Positions 1-11,851 of a stretch of 64,000 bases of DNA are shown here, piece by piece. Within the stretch, counting starts at the first letter, position 1. Every line of letters begins with the position of its first letter. Both the position numbers and the translations under genes were made by a program. The DNA comes from Naegleria gruberi (lineage: Eukaryota): NCBI GenBank assembly GCA_000004985.1, contig GG738864.1; one strand, written 5' to 3'. Below the pieces are notes generated by a model that was not told the origin of the DNA, made no database searches, and was given only the letters and a program-made list of their open reading frames with translations.

Positions 1-68
1 ATAATGATGAAAAAAAACAAATTTTACATCATGAATGGAAAGATGGATTTTCTTATATTCCCTATCCG

Positions 69-887
69 ATGGGAAATAATCAGATCATTCCACGAATTAT
101 TCATCAAACCTTTAAAAGTCAAACTAGAAATGAAATGACAAGTGGCATGAGGAATGCAACTTTATCCTTTGCATCCAATTTAAATTTTAAATATATTTAT
201 TATAACAATGATGCAGTTTTACAATTTTTAATTGACAATTATGGGGAAAATTCTGATGAATTTCACACGTTTAACAATATTATTCCATTTGCATATAAAA
301 TTGATTTTTGGAGATTGGCACTTTTATATAAAATTGGAGGTTACTATTCAGATGTTGATTCAGTTTTACTAAAAAAGGAATTGAATAGTTTAATTGAAAA
401 TAATGCAACAATGATTCTACCAGTTGGATATGCCACAGAATTTGTTTGGTTTGGATTTGATTTTGCCTTTATTGGAAGTGTACCTCAACATCCATTATTA
501 AGAATTGCCATGGACATGATTATTTATAATGTGAAAAATAAGTTCATTCCACAAGTTCCACAACGATTGAATGAAATTTGGTTTTTCAAATATTTCACAA
601 TTACAGGACCTGTTCTAATGGGAAAAGCATTTAATAGATTTATGAATGAACCTGATGAAGCTCCACATAATATTGTAAAGGGAAGAAGTTTGGGAATTCA
701 ATTTCTTGGATTTTGTGAAGTGAATGGCAGAAAGTATTTTACCACCATTCCACATCAGAGAAATATCAGGGAATGTAGAGGTGAAACTGTGATACAGTTT
801 GCCTATGATGAATATTGGGAGGAGAGATGGAAAACAAGTAAGCCATATTGGCGAAATGTTATTGAGGGAAAGATTTTTAATTCTTGA
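69..887 (+). CDS. Glycosyltransferase, GT32-like (Och1/Sur1-type, DXD motif)
   Basis: 272-aa ORF from ATG 69 to TGA 885-887. It has an N-terminal IPRIIHQTFK box and a YYSDVDS (DxD) motif, as in the sugar-binding glycosyltransferase family that includes alpha-1,6-mannosyltransferases. Confidence 0.6.
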   Translation: MGNNQIIPRIIHQTFKSQTRNEMTSGMRNATLSFASNLNFKYIYYNNDAVLQFLIDNYGENSDEFHTFNNIIPFAYKIDFWRLALLYKIGGYYSDVDSVLLKKELNSLIENNATMILPVGYATEFVWFGFDFAFIGSVPQHPLLRIAMDMIIYNVKNKFIPQVPQRLNEIWFFKYFTITGPVLMGKAFNRFMNEPDEAPHNIVKGRSLGIQFLGFCEVNGRKYFTTIPHQRNIRECRGETVIQFAYDEYWEERWKTSKPYWRNVIEGKIFNS

Positions 888-1007
888 TATTAAATGTTTA
901 TTTTCAATGTTAATATATTGAAATATTCTAGAAATATGTGGTGATGGTATGCTTTCAAAGATGAGAAAATCTTTCAATTTATTAGTTAATTCACAGATCT
1001 TTAAAAA

Positions 1008-2136
1008 ATGGCACAATATGCATATCTGCAAAACAATTTCACAGAGATTAAAGATTTTATTATTCAACTAGCTGGTAAAACACCATGAGAATTTCTCCAA
1101 TTTATTGAAACTATACGATTTGAATCCGAAAGAATTTATTTGTCATGACGAAAGCAAACTATTCGAGAAATTTGAAATTGATATTAGTCATCATGATGAT
1201 CAACAAAATTATGAAGTTAAAACCATGTTGATGATTTACTTTTTTGGATTGTCAGAATTAGACAAGTATTCTCAACCAAACTTCCAAACAAAGTTTCGTA
1301 ATTTTATTAACAATATAATTCATGACAAATCACTCGCAGGAGAAGTAAATCTATTCGATACTGGAATTGAAACTTTGGAGAAACATCAACAGTTGATACT
1401 TCATTTGTACATTCGTTTGGCAATTGACATTAATAATTCTAAATGTGATTTAGGATTTGGTGGAGTCACTTCAATTCCACCAAGATGTCTTCTACTCACT
1501 CTCTCACAAAGTACTTTTGTGAAAAGAAATAAAAATTCTTGAGTGAAAATTCTGGTCAATTGTGGCAATTTACTGAGAGCGAAAGTTTTCTTTTTACAGA
1601 TATGATCAAATTTTCACATTTTGAATATGAAGCATGTGATCCAGTTGACGATCAAAAGGAACAATACGATCTGTCTGTTGCCAATATTTCACAAATTTCC
1701 ATTGAATGTTTGTATGACAAAATATGAAAATTGTGAAATTTCAAAGGAGATATTGGATGGATTATGTTACATTTCAGAGAAACACATTCCATTTCTTCAT
1801 TCATTGCTTCAATAATTACTTATTAGTGATTATTCAACAAAGAATAGTTGGAAAATATGTTTGGCTAATCAAACACAAGATATTACGAGTCATTGGTGCT
1901 TTATTTTCCAATGATGACCTCTTTATTGGAAAAGTTGACAATCATACACTTTCAATTGATGCAACCCAAAAAGACTGGTAATTACAAAGAGAGTTTTACA
2001 AAAAATTCAAATTGAAATCGACGATGAATCAGAAGGATCACAACAAGAACATGATTCTGCGGATTCTGAAGATTATGAAGATGGAACTGATATATCAGAA
2101 GATGATATTTATTACACTGATACTGAAACTTGTTGA
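1008..2136 (+). CDS. Hypothetical protein, intron-rich gene (model tentative)
   Basis: Consecutive ORF pieces in shifting frames can be joined by GT-AG introns that restore the frame: exons 1008-1074, 1133-1510, 1600-1711, 1780-1933 and 1990-2136, totalling 858 nt. The 1511-1599 intron has a good polypyrimidine acceptor (ttttctttttacag). The last donor (gttgac) is weak, so an alternative C-terminus at 1981 is possible. I recognise no domain. Confidence 0.3.
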
Positions 2137-4196
2137 GTTTCTTCTTCTGATTTCACAGCAGAAGTTGCTTCTGGAAGAGTTTCTTCTTTTTGAGATTTAA
2201 GTGCTTCCTTTTGTTCATGGAGTGATGGTTTGAACTTGGCAACAACCAAGTAAATGACACAAATCACTAATGAAACAACTGACATGAAGATACAAATTGT
2301 CATGAAACCAAATTCTGGTTGACCATTTTCCTTAAAACGATCAATAGCTTGAGAAAGTCCAAAGGCAATCAAAGTTGTCAAGATAATGTAACATGAGTAT
2401 AAGAAACTCATGACAGCTGCCAGCTCATTAACACCAGTCTTTTCGTTTGGTTCTTCAGACAGAGTTGATTGCAAATAAGCAACTTGAGAAATATCACCAG
2501 CAGCCCAAGAACCTGAAATTAACATCATGGCAGGAACCATACAAATAGCAAATATCAAGTTGTCATCAGTCTTTTCATTAAATGTCAAGAATGGGAAAAT
2601 CCACATCAAATTCAAAAACAAGCAATCCAAAACAATCCAAACTGTTGGAAGTTTCACCTTCTTGGCAAATATTAAGAGCATTCCAGCTCCACACAATTCA
2701 CCAAAGTTACTTCCACCCAACAGAATTCCAGAATAAGATCCCTTCTTGAGGATGTTCTTACTGTAAGCAGGGAGGAAGATATTTTCAATCAATCTATGGA
2801 GAACTTGTGGAATGACAAAGCATGGAATCAACCAAATGTAATATCTGTTGGTGAGGACTAATTTGGCACCAATGTACATGCTCTTGAAATAATTCTTGAT
2901 GACAGTTCCAATCTTTTTCAAAATTCTTAAAACTTTGTTGTTTGGTTGAGGAGTTGTTTCTTGAGCTGAGGTTGTAGGAGCAGATTCAGTTGAAGGAACA
3001 TTAACTTGTTCTTTGGTTTCAGAATCTTCAAAGATTTCAACTTCCTTCACAGTAATGAAGAAGAGGAAAATGGAAGCAGCAATGAAAAATACTGGAATGT
3101 GGAAGAGAGCAAAAATAGTTCCCATCTTTTCAATGAAAACACTTGATAAGAAGGCACCAACTGTACCTGCCAATTCATACGTTATGTGAACACCTGCATT
3201 AATTCTCTTCAGCACTGACGATTCATTATTACCTAAAATGGAAGCTGGTATAATCTTTCTCAAAACTTCCATCACACCAACGCTGAATCCAATGAAAATG
3301 TAAATAGGGAAGATAATCCAAGGAGTCCACCAACCAGCAGTGGTCAAAGTGCCACCTGTCGAAGCTTCCAAAATAATCATGACCACCACCAAAAGGGCAA
3401 AGAAAACCAAAGAAAGACAATACAATCTGGTAGCTCTAATAATTTTCAAGAGACCTTCAACAGTTGATGAAGAAATGGATTGAGCCAAACCAAATGAAAT
3501 TGTTAACAAGCTCAAAATTGTGGTAGCTCCCAAAGCATTTCCATCCAATCTATTCAAAATGGTCAACCCAATAGCTCCTGATAATGTTTCATATGAAAAT
3601 TTGAAACACATTGTACCTAGTAAGAATAATATCAGATTGGCAACTCTTCTCTTGAATCCCTTTGGCCTTTTCTTTTCAGTAGTTTGATCTTGTGTTTTGT
3701 GTGATTTGTGGTGGGTTTGATGTTGAAAATGATGAATTTGATTATCAGTGTGAACCATAGTTGGTAAAACGTTCTCGTTAAAGCAATCAAGCACATCATC
3801 AATATTATTGGCAACATTTTCTGAAGTATCCGAAACTGATGAACTCGATGTGATGGTATTAGTAGTAGTATTAGTTAATGTTACAGTGTGATTGTGATTA
3901 TGTTGGTGAATTAAATTCAATTGAGATGGAATTGTACAAAGTTTCAGATCTAAATCTGAAATATCATTTACATTGGTTTCTGGTGGAATATCTACATTTT
4001 CTGCTTCAAAAACAGCCCGTTCTTTAACTTGTTTAGATTCTGATTTGCCTAAATCAACAGCACGATGATTATCAGCAGTTGATTCTTCTGTTTGAGAATG
4101 CAAGTGAGGACTAGTCGATTCTTCAACGACAATAACTTGAATTGTTACTTCTTCTTCTTCTCTGTGTTGAGTACTATTTTCATTCGAAACAGTCAT
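2112..4196 (-). CDS. Multi-pass membrane protein, transporter-like (possibly MFS-type)
   Basis: Uninterrupted 694-aa ORF with ATG at 4196. The N-terminus is hydrophilic and His/Thr/Asn-rich, and about 12 hydrophobic segments follow, split by a hydrophilic central loop. The family assignment rests on topology only. Confidence 0.5.
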   Translation of the reverse strand: MTVSNENSTQHREEEEVTIQVIVVEESTSPHLHSQTEESTADNHRAVDLGKSESKQVKERAVFEAENVDIPPETNVNDISDLDLKLCTIPSQLNLIHQHNHNHTVTLTNTTTNTITSSSSVSDTSENVANNIDDVLDCFNENVLPTMVHTDNQIHHFQHQTHHKSHKTQDQTTEKKRPKGFKRRVANLILFLLGTMCFKFSYETLSGAIGLTILNRLDGNALGATTILSLLTISFGLAQSISSSTVEGLLKIIRATRLYCLSLVFFALLVVVMIILEASTGGTLTTAGWWTPWIIFPIYIFIGFSVGVMEVLRKIIPASILGNNESSVLKRINAGVHITYELAGTVGAFLSSVFIEKMGTIFALFHIPVFFIAASIFLFFITVKEVEIFEDSETKEQVNVPSTESAPTTSAQETTPQPNNKVLRILKKIGTVIKNYFKSMYIGAKLVLTNRYYIWLIPCFVIPQVLHRLIENIFLPAYSKNILKKGSYSGILLGGSNFGELCGAGMLLIFAKKVKLPTVWIVLDCLFLNLMWIFPFLTFNEKTDDNLIFAICMVPAMMLISGSWAAGDISQVAYLQSTLSEEPNEKTGVNELAAVMSFLYSCYIILTTLIAFGLSQAIDRFKENGQPEFGFMTICIFMSVVSLVICVIYLVVAKFKPSLHEQKEALKSQKEETLPEATSAVKSEEETQQVSVSV

Positions 4197-4753
4197 CTTG
4201 AATATAACTGATAATGCGCTCTATCACTTCTTTGTTCTTTGAAAACAAGTGGTGTTTCGATTTCAAGTTGTTTTTTTAGATATTGTTAATATTTTCATAA
4301 GATCTCAATTAAGATTTTCAACTTATCCATTGGTGCTCAATATGATCATCATCATCACCAGGTTTTTTATTAAAATAACGGACCGAGTATGGACCTCATT
4401 GTTGATGCAACAAAAACATGCGAATTACTATTCTAACAAGTTATTTTCCTCAATCGTGCCTGATGATGCGATAAAGCTGAAGATATATGACATATGTTGA
4501 GGTGCATACTAATGGTTGGTACCTGTTTTATTTTGTCTATTTCTCAATGGATAGAAATTTTCCTCAATAGTGCGCGATATGTTTTTTTGCTGTTTGATGG
4601 TTTCTATTTTTGTAATGGCGGTGTGACTTTAGAATTTGGCGCCATACTAACAAAATTTCAGTTTAATGCTGTAGTTGCGGACTTGGAAATCGAATGAAAC
4701 TTTTACAAAGTATCAAGTTTTTGAAAGTTTAGAATAAGAAGATATTGAGATTT

Positions 4754-5707
4754 TTATTGATTCTTTGAATGTTTCCAACATTGATAGCACAATTGACCAT
4801 TTTCCAAGAAATTCAAATGCTTTGGTCTCCATCCCAAAACTTCCATTGCCTTTCTTGGGTTTACAATAACTGAATTTTCACACATTTCAGCTAACAAATC
4901 ATTTTGTGGAATTGGCTCAACTTGGAGGGAATCTTCTTCTCTGTGTGGTGAGCTTGGTTTCCATCCAGTTAGTTTGGCTAATTCAATTCTGAGATGACCA
5001 AATTCTGGATGATCGTTCAATGCAGTCACATTGAAAACTTGACCTGAAATTAAGTTTCTGCCAACTGTCAAGACTTTGACGTATGCTTCACTGAGATCAT
5101 CAACGTGTACCCAACTCCATTTCTTGTGTGGAGAACCAATTACGATAAGCTTATTGTCAGAAGTGATTTTAGGTTTGAAATAATCTTCGAATATACCTCC
5201 ACCACTTTTGCCATATACGAAACCGGGACGAATCACAACATTATCCAAATGCTTGTATTGCTCATTAAGCAATTTGAATTCTACCTCTCTTCTCTTATCC
5301 AGAGCAGGATGATTAGGTCTTTGAGGAAAAGTTTCGTCTACAATCGTATCATTTGTTCCATACGTCAAGATTCCACTCGTAAAAAGAAACAATAATTTAG
5401 GATGTTGTTTCTTAAACCGTTCAGCAGCATGTTCTTGAATTAACTGAATCATTTTCTCAGTATCATTGCTCAATCCAACACAATCAAGAATTGCACTTGT
5501 TCTCCACAATAAATTCTCATACTTCTCATCAGTGAATAATTGAGTAACGTTGGGCAAGATGAGTGGAGTAATTTCATTCGACCACATGAGATGTTCATGT
5601 TTATCTGAACGAACGGCTCCATGAACTGTAAAACCATTTCTTTGAAGTGCCTGAGCAACTCCCAATCCAATGTAACCATTGGCGCCAAGGACAATAACGG
5701 TGGACAT
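4754..5707 (-). CDS. NAD(P)-dependent epimerase/dehydratase-family (extended SDR) protein
   Basis: The ORF carries the Rossmann motif MSTVIVLGANGYIGLGVAQAL directly after the ATG at 5707. The longer ORF-track start at 5797 uses a non-ATG codon. Length and layout fit an extended short-chain dehydrogenase. Confidence 0.65.
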   Translation of the reverse strand: MSTVIVLGANGYIGLGVAQALQRNGFTVHGAVRSDKHEHLMWSNEITPLILPNVTQLFTDEKYENLLWRTSAILDCVGLSNDTEKMIQLIQEHAAERFKKQHPKLLFLFTSGILTYGTNDTIVDETFPQRPNHPALDKRREVEFKLLNEQYKHLDNVVIRPGFVYGKSGGGIFEDYFKPKITSDNKLIVIGSPHKKWSWVHVDDLSEAYVKVLTVGRNLISGQVFNVTALNDHPEFGHLRIELAKLTGWKPSSPHREEDSLQVEPIPQNDLLAEMCENSVIVNPRKAMEVLGWRPKHLNFLENGQLCYQCWKHSKNQ

Positions 5708-5943
5708 TTTGTTTGGTTTTCGAAATTTGTTTTGAAAATTCAGAGATTCTTTAAATAGTTCATTTGTGTCCCAGGAATGTACAATTTCCATTCCCAAATT
5801 CTTTTAAACTCCATAAAAAGAACTTGCCAAAATCAAATTCTGAATTTTTACAATTTTTTTTCAAACACACAAAAATTTGTTCGAGCGATCACTAAACTTT
5901 TTTGGTGGCAAAAAACGAAACTCTGAAAAATCCACACAAAAAA

Positions 5944-7164
5944 ATGTCTGAATATCCTACCATGACATCGTCCTCAGTGGCATTGCCTCGCCACCAATCC
6001 AACAATAATTCGGCCAACAAACGAACCATCCATCAAGTAGTGGTCGAAACCAGACCACCTCAAACTCCATCACTGGACGAAATTAGTGATGGTGTTGAAG
6101 ATGAGCTTAATACCACAATTAATACTCATCCACAAACACAACCAATGAAAAAGTATAAATTTGATTTGGAAATTAATAGAATTGATGATGAAGATAATCA
6201 AGATGATGAAATTGGTTGTTCCGAAAAGATTGAAGATGAAGATGAAGAAGAACAAGAATTGAAACCAAGACAAAGTTTTACTCAAGAAAATACGACACCA
6301 AATGTTGATGATATTGAGATGGAGGTAGATAATGAAGAAGATCCATCGATCAGTGAAAAGAATGATGGAGGAAATAATCAAGATTTAAACAATGATGTTG
6401 CTGCAGGACAGGAACAGGAAACACAAGGTAATGATGATGGAAATGGTTTGGAAATTCCTCAACCAATCGAAACTGGCCATACTAACCATGGAATGTTGAA
6501 TTATTTTGAAGATTTTGCATTAGAGATGGATAGCTCTGGACGAGTTTATTTTGAAGTGGAGATTTGTCATCAGACACCTTTGGTTGAGGATGAAGTTTCA
6601 TTCGAGATTGGAATTTGTAATAGTAATGAAGAATTGATAGCTATGAATAATTGTGGAAAAGTTCAATTGAATATGGAAAGTGTCATGGATATGGGAGTTG
6701 GATTGTTGAAAGAGAATGATGTAGTTGGTGTGCTTTTCAGTTTTGGAAAGATTTACTTTGTGCACAATGGAAAGAGAATTGCTCATGGTTTTGATTGGAA
6801 AGATATTCAGAATAGTTCTGGAAAGATTGTTTGTAGAAATAACTCTCAAAAGTTCTGTATTAAGAATAATAATTTTCTCTATTCTGGATATAGGAAAGTA
6901 TCAGGAAAGGATGATGCTCTTTCTGCTGCCATTAAAACTCCATTCACTGAGGTGATTCAGAAAATTACTCAACTCGAGATGGATTATTTAGTGAAAGAGA
7001 AGGAGAATAGAGAAATGAAATTATTCCACAATAATTTGAGTGCTAGAATGACGTTGAGTGAAGAGGAAGTTTCTCAACTTTCTGATATTAATATTTTCAA
7101 TTTGCAAAGCGTTATTCTTCAATCAATGACCTTGTTAAATGATGAGCTGAAAAATCGTAAATAA
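5944..7164 (+). CDS. SPRY-domain protein with acidic N-terminal region
   Basis: First ATG at 5944. The N-terminal half is D/E-rich. The C-terminal part reads GRVYFEVEI...FEIGICN...NDVVGVLFSFGKIYFVHNGKRI, the typical SPRY/B30.2 pattern. Confidence 0.6.
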   Translation: MSEYPTMTSSSVALPRHQSNNNSANKRTIHQVVVETRPPQTPSLDEISDGVEDELNTTINTHPQTQPMKKYKFDLEINRIDDEDNQDDEIGCSEKIEDEDEEEQELKPRQSFTQENTTPNVDDIEMEVDNEEDPSISEKNDGGNNQDLNNDVAAGQEQETQGNDDGNGLEIPQPIETGHTNHGMLNYFEDFALEMDSSGRVYFEVEICHQTPLVEDEVSFEIGICNSNEELIAMNNCGKVQLNMESVMDMGVGLLKENDVVGVLFSFGKIYFVHNGKRIAHGFDWKDIQNSSGKIVCRNNSQKFCIKNNNFLYSGYRKVSGKDDALSAAIKTPFTEVIQKITQLEMDYLVKEKENREMKLFHNNLSARMTLSEEEVSQLSDINIFNLQSVILQSMTLLNDELKNRK

Positions 7165-7241
7165 GCAGAGCTCTCTACATTATAGAGTTTCAATAATCAG
7201 TTTGAAAATGAATTTCAATTTATAATATACAATACACCTTC

Positions 7242-9095
7242 TTATTCTGAAACAGAAGCTCCTTTTCTTCTCATTACCAAATTACCAATCATGTACTTGG
7301 TAGTCAGAGTTTGAGCAATAGTTCCAATACCATCCACACCAATCTTTTCATTGTTACCAATATCGACACGTTTGAGAGTTTTGTGATCGATAAGAGCCTT
7401 GACTAAACTCTTGGCACCTGCATTATCGAATGGATTTCCGTGTAAACTCAAATCCTTGAGTCCTCTATTGTAAAGGATACCGTCATTACATAAACGAATA
7501 AGACCCTCTGATCCAATAGCATTGAATGACAAGTCCAAAGTTGCCAATGTCTTATTGGCCTTCAATCCTTCAGCGAGAGCTGAGCAACCTTCATCTCCAA
7601 TATTATTATGACCCAAATCCAAACGTTTGAGAAGTGAATTTGAGCATAGAGCTTTGGAAATTGATTTGGCACCATCTGAACCGACTCTATTATAGGAAAT
7701 ATCAAGTCTTTTGAGTGAAACATTGCCTAGTAAGAGATCGCTCAAATAAACACAACCAACATTTCCAATATTATTATGTGAAAGAGTTAATCTCTTCAAT
7801 GTAATGTTAATAAATAGACCGTCTATTAAATCACAAATACCAAAATCAGAAATCAAGTTAAATGACATATCAAGTGAAGTAATAGTTTGATTATCAGCCA
7901 AACCATGGGCCAATAACTTTAAATGTTCATCACCAACATTACAATTGACAATGGATAAACTCTTGAGTGAAACTCTAGAACTTTGAATACAGGTTGTAGT
8001 AAGAGCTTTCAAATCTGAAATTGTGAAAGGATCTTCACCTTCCAAAACTAATTTTTCAATATTAGATTCACGTTTAGCATCATTTTCCTTGTCTTCATCT
8101 GAAGAAGTATCAATAGCAGCAACTGCAGTCAATAACATAACAACAGACAAGAGTGGTCTCTCAACTCCACAAATTTTACAATCGACAAAGTAATCCTCAA
8201 CGAAAATACAAGCTCTAATTCTCTTAACCCAATCCTTGGCATCTTGCATACTTGGAGCAGCCATAAACAGTTCACGATCAGCTGCAATAACACAAAACTT
8301 GTACTTGTAGGCATTGCTTTCGAGTTTTCTTTGAATTTTTGATTGATCACCTCCACCTGCTGAGCTTTCATTATTTGCAGATGATGAATTGGATCCCTTA
8401 GTATTGGTTTCTTCATCTTCATCATCACTATCTAAATCTTCATTATCTAAAACTGTATTAATTCTAATAGTTTGAAAGAAACTATCATAATTTTGAATAT
8501 CTCCCAAATAATAAACTTGAGCTCCCTTCAAATCCATTCTACCTTTGACATCATTTTCATTCTTTTTAGCATTTTTGAAATAGGTCAACACTGAACCTTT
8601 AATTTGGAAATAACGCTATTTACACATTCATCACAAATTTCACATAAATTTCACATAAATTGTTATTCGAAATACATTATTAAAATAAATTTTCATCAAA
8701 TTCAATTTAAATTTCATCACCAATCATCATTATAACCACAATACAAATTACACATTTCATACGAAACTCAACTAAACACTTACCTTCTTCCAACTCTTCA
8801 CCACACGTCCTTCCTTTATCAAAAACCCTTCCTTCCACACTTTTTCATTATATTCCGTATAAATATCGAATCCCTGTGATCCAGGTGTACCAACAGGACT
8901 CGAAGGAGAAGACAAATCATGATTTGAATTTGTTCTGGAAATTGTTTGCAAAGTTGTTGGAGTAATTTGTGAAGTTCCACCGAGGTAGGAAAATCCGCTG
9001 CCACTTCCTTGTTTTTGTAGAGGTGAAGTGGTAGTTGGTGATCCTGTTGGTGTAGAGCTGCCTGAATCCTTCTTCTTGTTGAAGATGCTACGCAT
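7242..9095 (-). CDS. PH-domain plus RNI-type leucine-rich-repeat protein (2 exons)
   Basis: Exon 1 is 8784-9095 (104 codons) and exon 2 is 7242-8615, with a 168-nt intron at 8616-8783 (gtaagt...atag). Splicing rebuilds a PH-like segment, KEGFLIKEGRVVKSWKK|RYFQIKGSVLTYFKN. The C-terminal half consists of about 28-residue ribonuclease-inhibitor-like LRRs (LxxLDLSxNxIGxEG). Confidence 0.7.
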
Positions 9096-9340
9096 TTTTT
9101 TTTAAATGGTTTGATGACACGTGACAGTTTGTTAAGTGGATGAACAGATATGAGTGAAAGGCAAGATTGAGGATGATGATCTGGTGACACACTAGTAGGG
9201 TAAATGAAACGAATCGTTTTTTAACATTGTTTACAATTATAAATATTTTTGTAACATGTTAAATATGTTTAAATATGTTTAACATATATTTAATTGCCTT
9301 TTATCAAGTATTTAACAAATATTTAAATATTTTAAAAAAA

Positions 9341-10219
9341 ATGAACAAAAGCCAACCACAAGAATTTATTCATCAAAATAGCAACAAAGAATTTAAAGAT
9401 GATAATGATGAAAAAGTAAAAACAATTAAAACTCAAGTCGGAGTGGATAATATTGCAATTTCAAAGAGTTCGGAATATTCTCTTTTTGATTGGTTTAATT
9501 ATTGGTTTAGGGGAATTACCTTGTCTGTTTCAACATTTGGAGCAGTGAGTAATCCTCATAAATATATTGAAAAACAAGGAGATTTATTACCTGATAGGCT
9601 GTCTCATGATTTCTATTCGAGAATTTATCGATTTAATAAGGAGGAGTATGTGGATGCTATTGTAAATGCAAAAGATGATGTACATGCCCCACTCACTCAC
9701 AACTATGAAGATTGCATGCAAGCAAGGAGAGGAATGACAATATTTGGAGTCGTCTCGGGTGGAATTTTTGGATCTGCCTTTGCCTATGCAAAGAATTTTG
9801 GTACAATTACCAATAGAAAGAGATATTTGCCTTATACATTGAGTGGAGTGTTGATTGGATTTACAATGTTTAGATTTGTGATTGCTCCAAGAACTGAGAG
9901 TTGTTTTGAGCAAATTATAAATCAAGCTCTTTCAGAGAGAATTATTACAAAGGGATACAATAACATGATGGAATACTATAAACAAAACGAGAAACCAAAG
10001 ATGGTGAATTGGAGTGACTATGAACTCGATAAGGAGCAACAGGACTATCTCAATACCAAAATGAGAGAACACATGCTCAATGCAATGAAGAAGGCTGGAT
10101 GTAATAAGGAAAGTATTGAATCTTTCACTGATGGTAATGAACTGGTGTGGAAGCAACATTTGGATGTCAATTTTAAAAGAAAATATCCATCTCATAGAAA
10201 GTATTTCGAGTTTTTATAA
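9341..10219 (+). CDS. Hypothetical membrane protein
   Basis: ORF with ATG at 9341; an upstream in-frame ATG at 9275 sits in low-complexity sequence. There are two hydrophobic segments (GMTIFGVVSGGIFGSAFAYA and YTLSGVLIGFTMFRFVIA). No family recognised. Confidence 0.4.
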   Translation: MNKSQPQEFIHQNSNKEFKDDNDEKVKTIKTQVGVDNIAISKSSEYSLFDWFNYWFRGITLSVSTFGAVSNPHKYIEKQGDLLPDRLSHDFYSRIYRFNKEEYVDAIVNAKDDVHAPLTHNYEDCMQARRGMTIFGVVSGGIFGSAFAYAKNFGTITNRKRYLPYTLSGVLIGFTMFRFVIAPRTESCFEQIINQALSERIITKGYNNMMEYYKQNEKPKMVNWSDYELDKEQQDYLNTKMREHMLNAMKKAGCNKESIESFTDGNELVWKQHLDVNFKRKYPSHRKYFEFL

Positions 10220-10231
10220 ACATTAATTATT

Positions 10232-11449
10232 TTACACTTCTTGTGATTTCTTTTCCTCACTTGTTGATGAAACAGGAGTGGAATCTTCTGTTTCTCTTAC
10301 TTGCAAGGAAGTATCCTCGATCGTTGATTCAAGATCTTTAGATCTCACATCATCATTAGTTGCCACTGGTAAATACATTTCCTTCTTTAATTTTTCCATT
10401 TCCTCCTTATATTTAAAGTAAGAGTAAGCAATAGTTCCTAATACAGCAACAGCTATTCCAACAATATGATTAACATTCATTGGTTTATCATTTCCAAAGA
10501 ATAAATATCCTCCAATAAGAATAGAAATAGTTTTAGCATGTCCTAAAACTTGGAAGCTAATAAAAGTTAAATCCAACTGTTGTAATAATATCAAAATACA
10601 TACGTAAGTGGTGATAATTTACCAATTACCAAGTAACCAGCAATATTCACAACAAAAGCAGCAAAGCATGAAATGATTACAGAAATCTGATTTGATTAGT
10701 TGGAGATTTGAAATGAAAAACTTACGAAAAATGATGGATCTTGGATGAATCTCATAAAGCTATATGAAATTGAATCAACACCATCAATTGGAACTGCCAA
10801 AGAACCAACTAGAATTGATGAATACAATGAATGGTTCAATAATAATTCAAAACCATTGAGTTCATATTCTTTACAAAAGTAATTGATGGCCTTTAAGAAA
10901 TTAGAATGAATAATCTTTTTAAATACTCACAATCTGAGATGATGCTCCAAAAATGATTGCCAACAATGCAATGATCGATCCGAAAAAGTTTAAATAGAAA
11001 TCTCCTCCAATAACTAAAGCCATTCCTAAAACAATTAACATTAAACAGGCCAAAATCTTTGGTTCTACAACAGTACGGAACCAAACATAATTAATAGCAA
11101 GAATACATGGAATTACCATCAATTTAGCCAGCTGATAAACAGTGATGGAATTGTGAATTAAACTCAAGTTTCCTACGAGAATGGCCGAACCAATATTCAA
11201 TGCAAAGATTATTCCTGTCCTCACTGGTAATATTTTAGCTTTAAACAATTGAATGATCGGGTTGGATGAAACTCTTGTTAACAAAGTCAACAAGATGGAA
11301 ATTATATAGCATGATAAAAAGTGCAAAGCCATGAGCATTGTACCAGCCACTCGTTTATCCGTATAAATATACTTGTTCAGAAATATAATAGCCACACTAC
11401 TCGCATAGGAAAATAGCAAATAGCCAGCTTCTTGATATATTTTCGACAT
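10232..11449 (-). CDS. Triose-phosphate/nucleotide-sugar transporter family protein (SLC35E3-like), 4 exons
   Basis: Exons are 10931-11449, 10726-10890, 10604-10686 and 10232-10556, totalling 1092 nt (363 aa), all GT-AG with donors gtgagt, gtaagt and gtatgt. Splicing restores IGKLSPLT|FQVLGHAKT, which matches the conserved TPT/DMT motif region. Confidence 0.75.
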
Positions 11450-11851
11450 TTTAAAGTATTTACAAAAATAATCCTAGATAAATTATGATATATCGTAATG
11501 ATGATGATGATGATATTTAATAAATTAAAATTTAAATCCAATGAAAGCCACAAAAAGTACCCAATGATCGCTGTCCTTTGTGTGGCTTCTTTTTTTTAAA
11601 AAGTTTAAAACTCTTCCAATGTCATTTCCCGCCCTAGAAAATAATGACAGTATCAAAATTTGAACAGCACACGTAACTTACCACATCATCATCACCAGAA
11701 GAAAGTGTTGTTGGGGCTGCTGATTATTGCATCTAGTGTATTGAAAGCAATTTGATTGCTGAGTTTTCATTCGGACTCCAATGATCTACTGTATTAAGGG
11801 CATTCATTGTACAATGATGAAGGAGATGGCAATTATGAAATTTCCAGAAAT

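Noticed and set aside
615-1067. 150-aa minus-strand ORF, plus many similar antisense or overlapping ORFs in the track (for example 6070-6381, 8129-8428, 9587-9925, 23737-24117, 24631-24966, 26913-27293, 34861-35223, 56434-56920 and 57765-58175).
   Set aside because: They overlap better-supported genes on the opposite strand or in another frame, have low-complexity or hydrophobic AT-driven composition, and often use non-ATG starts.
11540-11600. Short hairpin (aagccaca…tgtggctt) followed by a T run, considered as a small RNA gene or terminator.
   Set aside because: There are only 8 paired bases with a 25-nt loop. There are no Pol III box A/B or snRNA promoter-like elements that I could recognise.
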